The notes: generated by a model not told the origin, from the letters alone. 64,000 nucleotides of DNA from an uncultured Actinomycetota bacterium (GCA_963743915.1 CAVURN010000001.1:96001-160000), one strand, 5' to 3'. Shown: positions 41,885 to 54,675, counted from the stretch's first letter. A program made the numbers and translations.

Positions 41885-43186
41885 ATGCCGCTCACTCCCG
41901 TGCTGTCCGCCCACTGGGACGAAGCCGACTCGTACACGATCGACGGGTACCGCAGGCACGGCGGGTACGACGCCTTGCGCTCGGCGCTGGTCCTGCAGCC
42001 CGACGACCTGATCCAGCTGGTCAAGGACTCCGGCCTCCGCGGGCGCGGAGGCGCAGGCTTCCCCACGGGCATGAAATGGGGCTTTGTCCCGCAGGGTGAC
42101 GGCAAGCCGCACTACCTCGTCGTCAACGCCGACGAGTCCGAGCCGGGCGCGTGCAAGGACGTCCCCCTCATGCTCGCCAACCCGCACGCGCTCGTGGAGG
42201 GCGTGGTCATCGCGTCCTACGCGATCCGCGCCAACCATGCGTTCATCTACATCCGGGGTGAGGTCCCGCACGCGATCCGACGCGTCAACGCCGCGGTGCG
42301 TGAGGCCTACGCCGCCGGCTTCGTCGGAAGCAACGTCCTCGGCTCCGGATTCGACCTCGAGATCACCGTGCACGCCGGCGCGGGGGCCTACATCTGCGGC
42401 GAGGAGACCGCGCTCCTCGACTCCCTCGAAGGATTCCGCGGACAGCCGCGCCTCAAGCCCCCGTTCCCGGCGGTGGCGGGACTGTACGCGTCGCCGACCG
42501 TCGTCAACAACGTCGAGACCATCGCCACCGTGCCGTACATCGTCAACAACGGCGCCGACTGGTACACGTCGTACGGCAGCGAGAAGTCGCCAGGAGTCAA
42601 GCTTTTCGCGGTCAGTGGCCACGTGGAGCGTCCAGGCATCTATGAGGCTCCCATGGGCACCACCATGCGTGAGCTCCTCGAGTGGGCCGGTGGCGTCCGT
42701 GAGGGACGTCGGCTGAAGTTCTGGGTTCCGGGCGGCTCGAGCGTCCCGCTGCTCACCGAGGAGCACCTCGACGTGCCTTACACGTACGAGGACATCGCTG
42801 CTGCCGGCTCGATGCTCGGCACCGGAACACCGATGGTGTTCGACGAGACCACCAGCGTCACGCGCGCAGTGACCCGGTGGCTGGAGTTCTACAAGCACGA
42901 GTCCTGCGGCAAGTGCACTCCCTGCCGCGAGGGGACGTACTGGCTGGTCGACCTGCTTCGGCGGCTCGAGCAGGGAACGGGCAACGACGACGACATCACG
43001 CGCATCAACGAGGTGTCGGCCCAGATCGCGGGGCGCTCCTTCTGCGCGTTGGGCGACGCAGCCGCCACGCCCTTCCCCGGCGCGATGAAGTACTTCGCAG
43101 ACGAGATCGCGCTCGGCACCCACACCGCCGCCCGTGAGCTCTACGACCCGGTCGCTGCCACGGTCTTCTCGGGGGTGAGTGCCTGA
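41885..43186 (+). CDS. nuoF: NADH-quinone oxidoreductase subunit F
   Basis: GLRGRGGAGFPTG, NADESEPG, YICGEET, ESCGKCTPCREG. Confidence 0.97.
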   Translation: MPLTPVLSAHWDEADSYTIDGYRRHGGYDALRSALVLQPDDLIQLVKDSGLRGRGGAGFPTGMKWGFVPQGDGKPHYLVVNADESEPGACKDVPLMLANPHALVEGVVIASYAIRANHAFIYIRGEVPHAIRRVNAAVREAYAAGFVGSNVLGSGFDLEITVHAGAGAYICGEETALLDSLEGFRGQPRLKPPFPAVAGLYASPTVVNNVETIATVPYIVNNGADWYTSYGSEKSPGVKLFAVSGHVERPGIYEAPMGTTMRELLEWAGGVREGRRLKFWVPGGSSVPLLTEEHLDVPYTYEDIAAAGSMLGTGTPMVFDETTSVTRAVTRWLEFYKHESCGKCTPCREGTYWLVDLLRRLEQGTGNDDDITRINEVSAQIAGRSFCALGDAAATPFPGAMKYFADEIALGTHTAARELYDPVAATVFSGVSA

Positions 43187-45570
43187 TGACAGTCGTCACG
43201 AACCAGACCAGCGGTGACGCCTCGGTGCCCGACCGCCCCGATCTCGTGTCCCTGACGATCGACGGGGTGGCGACGTCGGTGCCGAAGGGCACCTTGATCA
43301 TCCGGGCCGCCGAGCAGCTCGGCGTCGCCGTTCCGCGGTTCTGCGACCACCCGCTGCTCGAGCCGGTCGCGGCCTGTCGGATGTGCCTGATCGAGATCGA
43401 GGGGATGCCCAAGCCGCAGCCGGCCTGCGCGGTCCTCTGCTCCGACGGCATGGTGGTCAAGACCCAGATGACGTCCGCGGTCGCCGAGGAGGCGCAGCGC
43501 AGCGTCATGGAGTTCCTCCTCATCAACCACCCCCTCGACTGCCCCATCTGCGACAAGGGTGGCGAGTGCCCGCTGCAGAACCAGGCAATGACCAATGGTC
43601 AGGGTGACACCAGGTTCGACGGCCCCAAGCGCACCTTCCCCAAGCCGATCAACCTCTCCGCTCAGGTGCTGCTCGACCGCGAACGCTGCGTGTCCTGCGC
43701 CCGGTGCACGCGCTTCGCCGAGCAGGTGGCTGGTGACCCCTTCATCGAGCTGCTCGAGCGCGGCTCGCAGCAGCAGGTGGGCATCGCCGACGGCAAGCCG
43801 TTCAACTCCTACTTCTCGGGCAACACCATCCAGATCTGCCCGGTCGGCGCGCTCACCAGCGCGATGTACCGCTTCCGGTCGCGGCCGTTCGACCTCGTCT
43901 CGACGCCCACCGCCTGCGAGCACTGCGCCTCCGGGTGCGCCTTGCGCACCGACTCCCGTCGCAACAGCGTGATGCGTCGACTCGCGGCGGTCGACCCCGA
44001 GGTGAACGAGGAGTGGAACTGCGACAAGGGTCGCTTCGCCTTCCGCTACCTCGAGGCCCAGAACCGGCTGTCGACGCCGCTTGTGCGCCAGGACGGCGAG
44101 TTGCGGCCGGCGTCCTGGGACGAGGCTCTCGTGGCGGCAGCCGAGGGTCTGCGAGCCGCACAGGGCAAGACCGGCGTCGTCACCGGCGGGCGCCTGATGC
44201 TCGAGGACGCCTACGCCTACAGCCTGTTCGCCCGCCGTGCGCTCGGGACCAACGACGTCGACTTCCGCACCCGGCCGTCCTCGGAGGAGGAGGAGCAGTT
44301 CCTCGCGGCTCACGTCGCCGGGCGCGGTCTCGGACCCACCTACGCTCAGCTGGAGCAGGCGCCTGCCGTGCTCCTGGTGGCCCTCGAGCCCGAGGACGAG
44401 TCACCGATCGTGCTGCTCCGGCTGCGCAAGGCGGCGCGGTCCGGCACCCGGGTGCTGTCCGTCGCCGCGGCCGCCACGCGTGGCCTCGAGAAGGTGCAGG
44501 GCACCTGGATCGCTGCCACTCCCGGCTCCGAGGCGTCGGTGGTGACGGGCCTGGCCGACGGCGAGCACGGGGAGCTGCTGACCCAGCCGGGCGCTGTGAT
44601 CCTGGTCGGTGAGCGTGCTGCCCGTTCGCCCGGACTGCTCTCCGCCGTGTCCCGCCTGGCCGCGCAGACCGGTGCCGGCCTGGGCTGGGTGCCGAGGCGC
44701 GCCGGTGACCGCGGTGCAGTCGAGGCGGGGCTGCTGCCGTCGTTGCTGCCCGGTGGCAGGCCGGTCGCGGACGCAGCAGCACGCGTCGACACGGCCGCCA
44801 TCTGGGGCGTCGTCGAGGTGCCCGAGACACCGGGGCGCGACCTCCCGGCGATGCTGCACGCGGTGGAGCAGCGGGCGCTCACGTCTCTCGTCGTCGCGGG
44901 CGCGCAGCTGGACGACCTGCCAGACGGCGCCGAAGCGGCTCTGCGAGCCGTCGACCATCTGGTCGTGCTCGACACCCACCACCACGCGCTCGTCGAGCTG
45001 GCGCACGTGGTGTTCCCCGTCGCCGCGGTCTCGCAGAAGGCGGGCACCTTCCTCAACTGGGAGGGTCGCGAGCGCTCCTCGGCACGCGCCACGCGCAGCA
45101 CGCTCATGCCCGACGCACGCGTGCTCGGGGCGTTGGCTGCCGAGCTCGGGGTCGACCTGCCCCTCGCCGATGCCGGTGCGATCCTGGCCCAGCTGGCGGA
45201 GTTCGCCGGCTGGGAGGGTGCGCGGGCGGAGTCACCCGACGTCCCCGTGCCGGCCGTCGAGGCCGGCGGAGGGCTCGCGCTGGCCACCTGGCGGCCGCTG
45301 ATCGGAGGCGGCACCACCCTCGAAGACGGTGAGCCCTACCTCGCAGCGACGGCACCTCCGCAGCAGGTGTGGCTCTCGTCCGACGCCGCGGCCGAGCTGG
45401 GGGCGAAGGAGGGGGACCTCGTCACCGTGACCGGCGGCGACGGTAGCGTCACTGCGCCGCTGGTCGTCACCGAGGTGGCCGCGGACACCGTGGTCGTCAC
45501 CGGGGTCGCCCGTCGCACCCTGGGCGTGGGCGGCGAACGGGTGCGCCTCGCCGTGGGAGGACTGGGATGA
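43186..45570 (+). CDS. nuoG: NADH-quinone oxidoreductase subunit G
   Basis: [43 protein letters not shown]. Confidence 0.95.
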   Translation: MTVVTNQTSGDASVPDRPDLVSLTIDGVATSVPKGTLIIRAAEQLGVAVPRFCDHPLLEPVAACRMCLIEIEGMPKPQPACAVLCSDGMVVKTQMTSAVAEEAQRSVMEFLLINHPLDCPICDKGGECPLQNQAMTNGQGDTRFDGPKRTFPKPINLSAQVLLDRERCVSCARCTRFAEQVAGDPFIELLERGSQQQVGIADGKPFNSYFSGNTIQICPVGALTSAMYRFRSRPFDLVSTPTACEHCASGCALRTDSRRNSVMRRLAAVDPEVNEEWNCDKGRFAFRYLEAQNRLSTPLVRQDGELRPASWDEALVAAAEGLRAAQGKTGVVTGGRLMLEDAYAYSLFARRALGTNDVDFRTRPSSEEEEQFLAAHVAGRGLGPTYAQLEQAPAVLLVALEPEDESPIVLLRLRKAARSGTRVLSVAAAATRGLEKVQGTWIAATPGSEASVVTGLADGEHGELLTQPGAVILVGERAARSPGLLSAVSRLAAQTGAGLGWVPRRAGDRGAVEAGLLPSLLPGGRPVADAAARVDTAAIWGVVEVPETPGRDLPAMLHAVEQRALTSLVVAGAQLDDLPDGAEAALRAVDHLVVLDTHHHALVELAHVVFPVAAVSQKAGTFLNWEGRERSSARATRSTLMPDARVLGALAAELGVDLPLADAGAILAQLAEFAGWEGARAESPDVPVPAVEAGGGLALATWRPLIGGGTTLEDGEPYLAATAPPQQVWLSSDAAAELGAKEGDLVTVTGGDGSVTAPLVVTEVAADTVVVTGVARRTLGVGGERVRLAVGGLG

Positions 45571-46871
45571 GACTCGAACTGAGCGTCACCGAGGCGCTGG
45601 CCGAGACGCCGTGGTGGCTGTCGGCCATCAAGGCGGTCGTCATCTTTGGCTTCCTCGTGGTCAGCACGCTCATCATGATCTGGGCCGAACGTCGCGTCGT
45701 GGCGCGCATGCAGATGCGCATCGGTCCCAACCGACGGGGCCCCTTCGGGCTGCTGCAGGGCCTGGCCGACGGCATCAAGCTGGCGCTGAAGGAGGACATC
45801 ATCCCGCAGGCGGCGGACAAGGCGGTCTTCATCCTGGCGCCGATCATCTCCGCCACCATGTGCTTCCTGGCGTTCGCGGTGATCCCGTTCGGCCCGGTGG
45901 TCAGCATCTTCGGCCACCACACGCCGCTGCAGCTCACCGACTTCTCGGTGTCCGTCCTCTACGTGCTGGCCATCGCGTCCATCGGCGTCTACGGCCTGGT
46001 GCTGGCCGGCTGGTCCAGCGGCTCCACCTACCCGCTGCTGGGGGGCCTCCGCTCATCGGCGCAGGTGATCTCGTACGAGATCGCGATGGGTCTGTCCTTC
46101 GTCGCCGTGTTCCTCTACGCCGGATCGATGTCCACGTCGGACATCGTCGCCGCGCAGGACCAGTTCTGGTTCTCGATCATCCTGCTGCCGTCGTTCCTCA
46201 TCTACCTCGTCTCGATGGTCGGCGAGACGAACCGGGCGCCGTTCGACCTGCCCGAGGCCGAGGGTGAGCTCGTCGGTGGCTTCCACACCGAGTACAGCTC
46301 GCTGAAGTTCGCGCTCTTCTTCCTCGCCGAGTACATCAACATGTTCACGGTTGCTGCTCTCGCCACGACCCTGTTCCTCGGTGGCTGGCAGGCACCCTGG
46401 CCGCTGGGCGGACCGGTCTGGGAGGGCGCGAACGACGGCTGGTGGCCGGTCCTGTGGTTCGTCGGGAAGCTCTGGGTCTTCATGTTCGTCTTCATCTGGT
46501 TGCGGGGGACCCTCCCACGGCTGCGCTACGACCAGTTCATGAAGCTCGGCTGGAAGGTGCTGATCCCGATCTCGCTGGTGTGGATCGCGGTCGTCGCGAC
46601 GGTGCGGGCGCTGGCGAACGAGCAGTCCTTCGACCGCACGCAGGCGTTCGTCTGGGGTGCGGGCATCGTGGCCGTGCTGCTGGTGCTCAGCATCATCTGG
46701 GACTACCTCGCCGGCCGGGGTGCCGCTCAGGATGAGGCGGTCGACGCCGGCCCCTTCGATCCGTTCGCCGGCGGTCACCCGGTCCCACCGCTCCCGGGAC
46801 AGGCCGACCAGGATGCGGTGGCCGTCGCCGTGGGCGCAGGACGCGGCGACAAGGAGGAGCTCGATGCCTAG
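45567..46871 (+). CDS. nuoH: NADH-quinone oxidoreductase subunit H
   Basis: [37 protein letters not shown]. Confidence 0.97.
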   Translation: MRLELSVTEALAETPWWLSAIKAVVIFGFLVVSTLIMIWAERRVVARMQMRIGPNRRGPFGLLQGLADGIKLALKEDIIPQAADKAVFILAPIISATMCFLAFAVIPFGPVVSIFGHHTPLQLTDFSVSVLYVLAIASIGVYGLVLAGWSSGSTYPLLGGLRSSAQVISYEIAMGLSFVAVFLYAGSMSTSDIVAAQDQFWFSIILLPSFLIYLVSMVGETNRAPFDLPEAEGELVGGFHTEYSSLKFALFFLAEYINMFTVAALATTLFLGGWQAPWPLGGPVWEGANDGWWPVLWFVGKLWVFMFVFIWLRGTLPRLRYDQFMKLGWKVLIPISLVWIAVVATVRALANEQSFDRTQAFVWGAGIVAVLLVLSIIWDYLAGRGAAQDEAVDAGPFDPFAGGHPVPPLPGQADQDAVAVAVGAGRGDKEELDA

Positions 46872-47388
46872 CTTCCTCGACCCCATCGCGGGTTTCGGGG
46901 TGACCTTCGCGACGATGTTCCGCAAGGTCAACACCGAGCAGTACCCCGAGGAGCGCAAGCCGATGATGGCGCGCTTCCACGGTCGGCACGTGCTGAACCG
47001 GTACGCCGACGGTCTCGAACGGTGCATCGGGTGTGAGCTGTGCGCGTGGGCGTGCCCCGCCGACGCCATCTACGTCGAGGGCGCGTCCAACACCGACGAG
47101 GAGCGCTACTCCCCAGGTGAGCGGTACGGCCGCGTGTACCAGATCAACTACCTGCGCTGCATCTTCTGCGGTCTCTGCCTCGAGGCGTGCCCCACCCGGG
47201 CGCTGACGATGAGCCATGAGTACGAGCTCGCCGACACCAGTCGCGCAGCCATGATCTACGAGAAGCAGGACCTGCTCGCACCGCTGACGCCGCAGATGCA
47301 GGCGCCGCCGCACCCGATGGCGGACGGCACCACGGAGCAGAACTACTACGCCGGTGAGTTCGACCACCTGAGCGGTGATGCCAGGTGA
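46864..47388 (+). CDS. nuoI: NADH-quinone oxidoreductase subunit I
   Basis: [12 protein letters not shown] and [12 protein letters not shown]. Confidence 0.96.
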   Translation: MPSFLDPIAGFGVTFATMFRKVNTEQYPEERKPMMARFHGRHVLNRYADGLERCIGCELCAWACPADAIYVEGASNTDEERYSPGERYGRVYQINYLRCIFCGLCLEACPTRALTMSHEYELADTSRAAMIYEKQDLLAPLTPQMQAPPHPMADGTTEQNYYAGEFDHLSGDAR

Positions 47389-48185
47389 CCGAACTCCTGA
47401 CCTCGGCGCCTGCGACGTCCACCGGCGAGGCCGTGGCCTTCTGGATCCTCGGCCCGGTGGCCGTGGTGTGCGCCCTCATGATCCTGCTGAGCCGCAAGGC
47501 CGTGCACAGCGCGCTCTGGATGGCGGCCACGATGATCATCATCGCCGTGCTGTTCCTGATGCAGGGAGGCGTCTTCCTCGGCGTGGTGCAGATCGTGGTC
47601 TACACCGGCGCCGTGATGATGCTGTTCCTCTTCGTCCTGATGCTGGTCGGCGTCGACGCCTCCGACTCGTTCGTCGAGACCCTGCGGGCCCAGCGGGTCG
47701 CCGGCATCCTGCTGGCTGCCGGATTCGCCTTCCTGCTGATCTCCGGCACCGCCCGAGCCACCTTCAGCGAGGCCCCCGGTGTCGGTGCTGCCAACGAGGC
47801 GTCCGGCGGGCACGTGGAGGCGATCGCCGAGGCGATCTTCACCCGGTACGTGTTCACCTTCGAGGTCGTCAGCATCGTGCTGATCACCGCCGCCCTGGGA
47901 GCGCTGGCCCTCACCCACCGCGAACGACTGGTGGCGCGCCGCACCCAGGCCGAGCTCTCCGTCGAGCGCATCAGCGGCACGCACCCGACGCCGTTCCCCA
48001 GCCCCGGTGTGTACGCGCGCCACAACGCGGTCGACACGCCCGCGCTGCTTCCCGACGGCACGGCAGCTGAGGCCTCGGTGCCTGACGAGCTCCGCCGACG
48101 CGGCACGGTCCGCTACACCGAGATCGAGCAGACGCGCGCCGACGGCGGCGCTGAGGTCGGCGGCGACGGGGGTGAGGGTCGATGA
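47385..48185 (+). CDS. nuoJ: NADH-quinone oxidoreductase subunit J
   Basis: [24 protein letters not shown]. Confidence 0.95.
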   Translation: MTELLTSAPATSTGEAVAFWILGPVAVVCALMILLSRKAVHSALWMAATMIIIAVLFLMQGGVFLGVVQIVVYTGAVMMLFLFVLMLVGVDASDSFVETLRAQRVAGILLAAGFAFLLISGTARATFSEAPGVGAANEASGGHVEAIAEAIFTRYVFTFEVVSIVLITAALGALALTHRERLVARRTQAELSVERISGTHPTPFPSPGVYARHNAVDTPALLPDGTAAEASVPDELRRRGTVRYTEIEQTRADGGAEVGGDGGEGR

Positions 48186-48481
48186 ACCCGGTCAACTACC
48201 TCTACCTGGCCACGATCCTGTTCTCGATCGGCGCGCTCGGCGTGCTCGTGCGCCGGAACGCGATCGTCGTGTTCATGAGCATCGAACTCATGCTCAACGC
48301 CTCGAACCTGGCGTTCGTCTCCTTCGCCCGCCTCAACGGGAACATCGACGGAATGGTGGTGGCCTTCTTCGTGATGGTGGTGGCTGCCGCCGAGGTCGTG
48401 ATCGGCCTGGCCATCATCGTCACGATCTTCCGTACGCGGCGCTCCGCGTCGGTCGACGACCCCAACCTGCTGAAGCTGTGA
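48182..48481 (+). CDS. nuoK: NADH-quinone oxidoreductase subunit K
   Basis: [23 protein letters not shown]. Confidence 0.96.
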   Translation: MNPVNYLYLATILFSIGALGVLVRRNAIVVFMSIELMLNASNLAFVSFARLNGNIDGMVVAFFVMVVAAAEVVIGLAIIVTIFRTRRSASVDDPNLLKL

Positions 48482-48533
48482 GCCCGATGCGGACGTCCCT
48501 GACCCTCGCCCCTGTGACCCCGGAGAGTGCCCG

Positions 48534-50468
48534 ATGAGCGCTGTCGCAGCCGTGCGCTGGAGCGAGGGCGGCGAGCAGGTGGTGACGGCTGCCACCGGCA
48601 TCTTCAGCCTCACCTGGTTGTTGATCGCCCTGCCACTGGCCGGCGCGGTGATCCTTCTCGTCGGCGGTCGCCGGACCAACCCGTTCGGACCGTGGCTCGC
48701 GACGGCGCTGGTCGGCGTCTCCTTCGTCATCGGCGCGCTGCAGTTCATCGAAATGCTCGGCCGCCCGTCGGCGGAGCGAGCCTTTGACCAGACGCTCTTC
48801 ACGTGGGCACCCATCGGTGACTTCAGTGTGGACGTGGGCTTCCAGCTCGATCCGCTGTCGATGACGTTCGTGCTCCTCGTCACCCTGGTCGGCGGTCTCA
48901 TCCACGTGTACTCCATCGGGTACATGGCGCACGACCCCGACAAGCGACGGTTCTTCGGGTACCTGAACCTCTTCGTCGCGTCGATGCTGCTGCTCGTCCT
49001 CGCCAGCAACTACGTGCTCGTCTACGTCGGGTGGGAGGGCGTCGGGCTCGCGTCCTACCTGCTGATCGGGTTCTGGAACGCCAAGCGCGAGTACGCGACC
49101 GCGGCGAAGAAGGCCTTCGTCATGAACCGCGTCGGCGACATCGGGATGTCGTTGGCGATCATGCTGATGGTCACCACCTTCGGCACCACCGCCTTCTCGG
49201 GGGTGTTCTCCGGGGTCGAGGGCGCGAGCACCGAGGTCGTCCTCGCCCTGGGGCTGCTCCTCCTGCTGGCTGCCACCGGCAAGAGCGCGCAGATGCCGCT
49301 GCAAGCCTGGCTCGGGGACGCGATGGCGGGCCCGACACCGGTGTCGGCCCTGATCCACGCGGCCACGATGGTGACCGCCGGTGTCTACCTCATCGTCCGG
49401 TCGAACCCCATCTTCGACCTGTCCGACGGGGCGCGGCTCGCCGTGGTCCTGGTCGGCGTGCTCACGCTGCTCTTCGGTGCATTCGTGGGCACCGCGAAGG
49501 ACGACATCAAGAAGGCGCTGGCGGCGTCCACCATGAGTCAGATCGGCTACATGGTGCTCGCCGCGGGGCTCGGACCGGCCGGCTACGCCTTCGCGATCTT
49601 CCACCTGCTGACCCACGGCTTCTTCAAGGCGCACCTCTTCCTCGGTGCCGGGTCCGTCATGCACGGCATGGACGACGAGGTCAACATGCGTCGCTTCGGT
49701 GCGCTCCGCGCCGCGATGCCCGTGACGTTCGTGACGTTCCTCATCGGCTACCTGGCGATCATCGGGATCCCGCCGTTCGCCGGGTTCTTCTCCAAGGACC
49801 TCATCATTGAAGCGGCGCTGGCCGACAACGTCTGGCTCGGCGTCGCCGCCATCCTGGGCGCGGGCATCACCGCCTTCTACATGACCCGCGTCATGATCCT
49901 CACGTTCTTCGGCGACAAGCGCTGGAAGGAGGACGCGCACCCGCACGAGTCACCGATGTCGATGAAGGCCCCGATGGTGCTGCTCTCGGTCGGATCGGTG
50001 GTACTCGGGTTCGTGCTCTGGTCGGGAGACCGGATCGTGAACTGGTTGGAGCCGGTCGTGGGGCCTGAGGAGCACCACGAGCTCGGCATCCCGGTCTGGG
50101 CCGTCACGCTCATCATCCTGGCCGTCGTCCTGGTCGGTGTCGCGATCGCCGTGGCGATGTACCAGCGGCGCCCGGTCCCGGTCGAGGCGCCGACCGGAAC
50201 GGTGTTGACCCGGGCCGCACGCCAGGACTTCTACCAGGACGCCTTCAACGAGTCGCTCTTCATGCGACCGGGGCAGTACCTGACCCGGTTCCTCGTCTTC
50301 TTCGACAACCGGGTGGTCGATGGGTTCGTCAACGGCGCGGCCGCGATGATCGGTGGCAGCTCGGCGCGCCTGCGCCGGATGCAGACCGGTTTCGTGCGCT
50401 CCTACGCGCTGTCCATGCTTGCCGGGGCCGTCCTGGTCGTCGGTGCTCTCGTGCTGGTGGGGCTGTGA
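48534..50468 (+). CDS. nuoL: NADH-quinone oxidoreductase subunit L
   Basis: [36 protein letters not shown]; start may be slightly downstream. Confidence 0.96.
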   Translation: MSAVAAVRWSEGGEQVVTAATGIFSLTWLLIALPLAGAVILLVGGRRTNPFGPWLATALVGVSFVIGALQFIEMLGRPSAERAFDQTLFTWAPIGDFSVDVGFQLDPLSMTFVLLVTLVGGLIHVYSIGYMAHDPDKRRFFGYLNLFVASMLLLVLASNYVLVYVGWEGVGLASYLLIGFWNAKREYATAAKKAFVMNRVGDIGMSLAIMLMVTTFGTTAFSGVFSGVEGASTEVVLALGLLLLLAATGKSAQMPLQAWLGDAMAGPTPVSALIHAATMVTAGVYLIVRSNPIFDLSDGARLAVVLVGVLTLLFGAFVGTAKDDIKKALAASTMSQIGYMVLAAGLGPAGYAFAIFHLLTHGFFKAHLFLGAGSVMHGMDDEVNMRRFGALRAAMPVTFVTFLIGYLAIIGIPPFAGFFSKDLIIEAALADNVWLGVAAILGAGITAFYMTRVMILTFFGDKRWKEDAHPHESPMSMKAPMVLLSVGSVVLGFVLWSGDRIVNWLEPVVGPEEHHELGIPVWAVTLIILAVVLVGVAIAVAMYQRRPVPVEAPTGTVLTRAARQDFYQDAFNESLFMRPGQYLTRFLVFFDNRVVDGFVNGAAAMIGGSSARLRRMQTGFVRSYALSMLAGAVLVVGALVLVGL

Positions 50469-50469
50469 C

Positions 50470-52038
50470 GTGAACGACTTTCCGGTACTGACGACCCTCG
50501 GCGTGCTGCCCTTTGTGGCAGCGCTGGTCGTGGCCCTGCTGCCACGTGGCCGCGAGCTGCTTGCCAAGCAGATCACGTTGGTCGTGTCGCTGCTGATGCT
50601 CGGCCTGACCGTGGCCATGGCCCTAGCCTTCGACCCGTCCTCCGCCGAGACGTTCCAGTTCGTCGAGAGCACGCCCTGGATCGAGCAGTTCGGGATCAGC
50701 TACGCGGTCGGCGTCGACGGCATCGCGCTGGTGCTGATCGCCATGGCTGTCTCGCTGGCGCCCATCGTGATCCTCGCCGGCTGGAACGACGCCGACGGGC
50801 ACGAGCGGCACCGCACCCAGACCTACTTCGCCCTGCTCCTGGCCCTGCTCGGCACCATCGTGTTCGTGTTCGCGGCCACCGACCTGTTCCTCTTCTACGT
50901 GGCCTTCGAGGTCATGCTGGTGCCGGTCTACTTCCTCATCGGCATGTTCGGTCGCGGCCAGCGCACCTACGCCGCGGTCAAGTTCCTGCTGTACAGCCTC
51001 TTCGGCGGCCTGCTGCTGCTCGCGGCGCTGATCGGGCTCTACGTCGTGTCGGTGGGCGAGCTGGGTCAGGGCACGTTCGACTGGAACGCGCTCGCGGGCA
51101 TGCCCATCGACCCGGACACCCAGAAGCTGCTCTTCGCCGGCTTCTTCTTCGCCTTCGCCATCAAGGCCCCCATGGTGCCCGTCCACACGTGGCTCCCGGA
51201 CGCCGCCGCGTCCGCCACGCCGGCCACCTCGACCCTGCTGGTGGGGGTGCTCGACAAGGTGGCGACGTTCGCCATGCTGCGCCTCTGCCTGCCGCTCTTC
51301 CCGGACGCCGCGGAATGGGCTGCCCCCTTCATCGTCACGATGGCGGTGATCAGCATCGTCTACGGCGCGCTGGTCGCCATCGGACAGACCGACATGAACC
51401 GGCTGATCGCCTACACGTCGGTGTCGCACTTCGGCTTCATCATCCTCGGGATCTTCGCCTTCACAGCGATCGGTGGATCCGGCTCGACCATCTACATGGT
51501 GGCTCACGGCTTGTCGACCGCTGCGCTCTTCGTGGTGGCCGGCTACCTGGTCTCCCGGCGCGGGTCGAGCCTCATTCCCGCCTTCGGTGGCGTGCAACGG
51601 GTGGCGCCCCTGCTTGCCGGGTTCTTCCTGTTCGCGGGACTGTCCAGCCTCGCGATGCCGGGGCTGGCGAGCTTCGTGGGTGAGCTCACCGTGCTCATCG
51701 GCTCCTACCAGCGATGGCCGGTCGCCGCGGCGATCGCCGTGATCGGCATCGTCCTGTCGTCCCTGTACATCCTCATCATGTACCAGCGGGTGGCACATGG
51801 CCCGGAGACCGAGAACGTCAAGGGGATGCGTGACCTCTTTCCCCGGGAGGTGGTCGCCTTCGCCCCTGTGATCGCGCTGACGATCGCCGTCGGCGTCTTC
51901 CCCAAGCCGCTCTTCGACGTGGTGAATCCCGCGATCGACCGCACGCTCGCATTCGTGCAGGTCGACCCGGTGGAGCCGGAAGTCCCCGTCGAGCCCTTGG
52001 ATACGGCGGCCCCTGAGGCGCCTGAGGGTGAGGACTAG
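50470..52038 (+). CDS. nuoM: NADH-quinone oxidoreductase subunit M
   Basis: FYVAFEVML, KAPMVPVHTWLPDA, IAYTSVSH. Confidence 0.95.
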   Translation: MNDFPVLTTLGVLPFVAALVVALLPRGRELLAKQITLVVSLLMLGLTVAMALAFDPSSAETFQFVESTPWIEQFGISYAVGVDGIALVLIAMAVSLAPIVILAGWNDADGHERHRTQTYFALLLALLGTIVFVFAATDLFLFYVAFEVMLVPVYFLIGMFGRGQRTYAAVKFLLYSLFGGLLLLAALIGLYVVSVGELGQGTFDWNALAGMPIDPDTQKLLFAGFFFAFAIKAPMVPVHTWLPDAAASATPATSTLLVGVLDKVATFAMLRLCLPLFPDAAEWAAPFIVTMAVISIVYGALVAIGQTDMNRLIAYTSVSHFGFIILGIFAFTAIGGSGSTIYMVAHGLSTAALFVVAGYLVSRRGSSLIPAFGGVQRVAPLLAGFFLFAGLSSLAMPGLASFVGELTVLIGSYQRWPVAAAIAVIGIVLSSLYILIMYQRVAHGPETENVKGMRDLFPREVVAFAPVIALTIAVGVFPKPLFDVVNPAIDRTLAFVQVDPVEPEVPVEPLDTAAPEAPEGED

Positions 52039-52042
52039 AGCG

Positions 52043-53599
52043 ATGACGTCCCTTCTGGTCGAGTCCTTCGACACCCCCAGCTTCGAGTACGCGCTGCTTG
52101 CGCCCATGCTCATCGTCTTCGGGGGGGCGATCGTCGGCGTCCTCGTCGAGGCCTTCGTGCCGCGCTCCGCCCGACGCGTGACACAGGTGGCGCTGAGCCT
52201 CCTGACACTGGGCGCTGCCTTCATCGCGCTCGTGGTCTGGACGCGTCCTGACCTCGGCCAGATCGCCGCGTCCGGGACGGTGGCCATCGACGGTCCCGGC
52301 GTCTTCCTCCAGGGCACCATCCTGGTGCTGGCCTTCGTCGCGGTCCTGCTGTTCGCCGAGCGCAGCATCGATCCCTCAGGCGACGCGTTCACCGCGTCGG
52401 GTGCGACGATCCCGGGCAGCCAGGCCGAGCGAGAGCTGACCGCCGCACGGGTCCACCAGACCGAGGTGTGGCCGCTGGCCCTGTTCTCTGTCGGCGGCAT
52501 GATGCTGTTCGTCGTCGCCGACGACCTGCTGACGTTCTTCATCGCGCTCGAGGTGCTCTCGCTGCCTCTCTACCTGATGGTGGGACTGGCCCGACGTCGA
52601 CGACTGCTGAGCCAGGAGGCGTCCCTCAAGTACTTCCTGCTCGGCGCCTATTCGTCAGCGTTCCTGCTCTTCGGGTCGGCCTTCCTCTTCGGCTACGCCG
52701 GCACCATCAGCTTCGCCGGCATCCACGACTCGCTGAGCTCGGGTCTCGAGCTCGACCCGCTGCTGCTCATCGGCACCGCCCTGGTCGGCATCGGTCTGTT
52801 CTTCAAGGTGGGAGCAGTCCCGTTCCACTCCTGGGTGCCGGACGCGTACCAGGGGGCGCCCACGCCGGTGACCGCCTTCATGGCCTCCGCCACCAAGGTT
52901 GCTGCCTTTGGTGCGATGCTCCGGCTCTACTACGTAGCCCTCGGCGACTACGAGTGGAACTGGCGTCCGATGTTCTGGCTGGTCGTCATCCTGACGATCG
53001 TGGTGGGTTCCGTCCTGGCCATCACCCAGACCGACATCAAGCGGATGCTCGCCTACTCGTCGGTGGCGCAGGCCGGGTTCATCCTGATCGGTGTCACGGC
53101 GGCGTCCGACCAAGGAATCTCGAGCACGCTCTTCTACCTGGTCGCCTACGGTTTCGCCACGATCGGAGCGTTCGCCCTGGTGACGCTCGTGCGTGACGGC
53201 ACCAATGAGGCTGTGCATCTATCGCGCTGGGCGGGGATCGGCCGTACGTCCCCCCTGGTGGCGGGTGTCATGTCACTGTTCCTGCTCTCCTTCGCGGGGA
53301 TCCCGCTCACCAGCGGCTTCATCGGCAAGTTCCTCGTCTTCAGTGCGGGCATCGACGGTGGGGCCACCCCGTTGGTGATCGTGGGTGCGGTGTTCAGCGC
53401 GGTGGCGGCGTTCTTCTACGTTCGTGTCATCGTGCTCATGTACTTCTCCGATCCCGTCGATGACGGCCCCACTGTCGCCGTGCCGAGCGCCTTCACCACT
53501 CTGGCCATCGCCATCTCCGCCGCCGCCACCGTCGCCCTGGGTCTGGTGCCCGGACCGCTCATCGACCTCGCGCAGAACGCTGCCGAGTTCATCCGCTGA
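52043..53599 (+). CDS. nuoN: NADH-quinone oxidoreductase subunit N
   Basis: EASLKYFLLG, FKVGAVPFHSWVPDAYQGAP, KRMLAYSS. Confidence 0.96.
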   Translation: MTSLLVESFDTPSFEYALLAPMLIVFGGAIVGVLVEAFVPRSARRVTQVALSLLTLGAAFIALVVWTRPDLGQIAASGTVAIDGPGVFLQGTILVLAFVAVLLFAERSIDPSGDAFTASGATIPGSQAERELTAARVHQTEVWPLALFSVGGMMLFVVADDLLTFFIALEVLSLPLYLMVGLARRRRLLSQEASLKYFLLGAYSSAFLLFGSAFLFGYAGTISFAGIHDSLSSGLELDPLLLIGTALVGIGLFFKVGAVPFHSWVPDAYQGAPTPVTAFMASATKVAAFGAMLRLYYVALGDYEWNWRPMFWLVVILTIVVGSVLAITQTDIKRMLAYSSVAQAGFILIGVTAASDQGISSTLFYLVAYGFATIGAFALVTLVRDGTNEAVHLSRWAGIGRTSPLVAGVMSLFLLSFAGIPLTSGFIGKFLVFSAGIDGGATPLVIVGAVFSAVAAFFYVRVIVLMYFSDPVDDGPTVAVPSAFTTLAIAISAAATVALGLVPGPLIDLAQNAAEFIR

Positions 53600-53601
53600 C
53601 G

Positions 53602-54591
53602 ATGTCCGACCTCAGCCTCGAGCAGCTGGACGGGGGTCTCGCCGCGCGTCTCGCGACGTCGCTCGACGAGGTGGATGCCCTCATCCGTCGCACGCTGGTG
53701 TCGGACTACCCCTTCGTCACCGACACGTCACGCCACCTCGTCGATGCCGGAGGCAAACGGTTCCGCCCGATGCTGGTGCTGCTGGCCGCGGAGTTCGGTG
53801 ACCGGACGATGCCCGAGGTCGTCCCGGCGGCAGCCGTGGTCGAGCTCACCCACCTGGCGACGCTGTACCACGACGACGTCATGGACGAAGCCGAGCTGCG
53901 TCGGGGAGCACCATCGGCGAACGCGCGGTGGGACAACACCGTGGCGATCCTGACCGGGGACTTCCTGTTCTCCCGTGCCTCGGAGCTGCTCGCCGATCTC
54001 GGACCGGAGGCGGTGCGTATCCAGGCGCAGACCTTCAGTCGACTGGTGATCGGGCAGATCAAGGAGACCGTCGGTCCGGGTGAGGGCGACGACCCGGTCG
54101 ACCACTACCTCGCGGTCGTGGCGGACAAGACGGGGTCGCTGATCGCCACCTCGGGACGCTTCGGGGCCATGATGTCCGGTGCCACACCCGAGGTGGTCAC
54201 CATCCTGACCGAGTTCGGCGAGCTCATCGGGGTGGCCTTCCAGCTGGCCGACGACGTCCTGGACGTCAGCAGCGAGAGCCAGGAGTCGGGCAAGACCCCG
54301 GGAACAGATCTGCGCGAAGGGGTGCGGACCCTGCCGGTGCTCCATGCGCTGCGCTCCGACGAGGCCGCCGACGCCGAGCTGCGCGAGCTGCTGACGGGGG
54401 ACCTCACCGATGACGGCAGGCATGCCCGTGCGCTGTCGCTGCTGCGCGAGAGCCCGGCCATGAAGCGGGCCCAGGCGGACCTGCAGCGGCATGCGGCCGC
54501 CGCCCGCGACGTCCTGAAGCCGTTGCCGGAGGGACCGGCCAAGGCGGCCCTCGAGGCGCTCTGCGACGCGGTGGTCTCCCGCGTCGGCTGA
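53602..54591 (+). CDS. Polyprenyl diphosphate synthase (menaquinone side chain)
   Basis: GGKRFRP, LYHDDVMD, FQLADD, GTDLREG. Confidence 0.93.
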   Translation: MSDLSLEQLDGGLAARLATSLDEVDALIRRTLVSDYPFVTDTSRHLVDAGGKRFRPMLVLLAAEFGDRTMPEVVPAAAVVELTHLATLYHDDVMDEAELRRGAPSANARWDNTVAILTGDFLFSRASELLADLGPEAVRIQAQTFSRLVIGQIKETVGPGEGDDPVDHYLAVVADKTGSLIATSGRFGAMMSGATPEVVTILTEFGELIGVAFQLADDVLDVSSESQESGKTPGTDLREGVRTLPVLHALRSDEAADAELRELLTGDLTDDGRHARALSLLRESPAMKRAQADLQRHAAAARDVLKPLPEGPAKAALEALCDAVVSRVG

Positions 54592-54675
54592 CCAAGCATC
54601 TGCCGAGCGGTGCGTTGCACGCAGATTGAGGGCTCCACGGGCGGTGAGAATGCATGGTGTGCACCACTGGGCGGG

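Noticed and set aside
54592-54675. Degenerate inverted repeat between the polyprenyl synthase gene and rarD
   Set aside because: Too imperfect to call; probably a decayed REP or weak terminator
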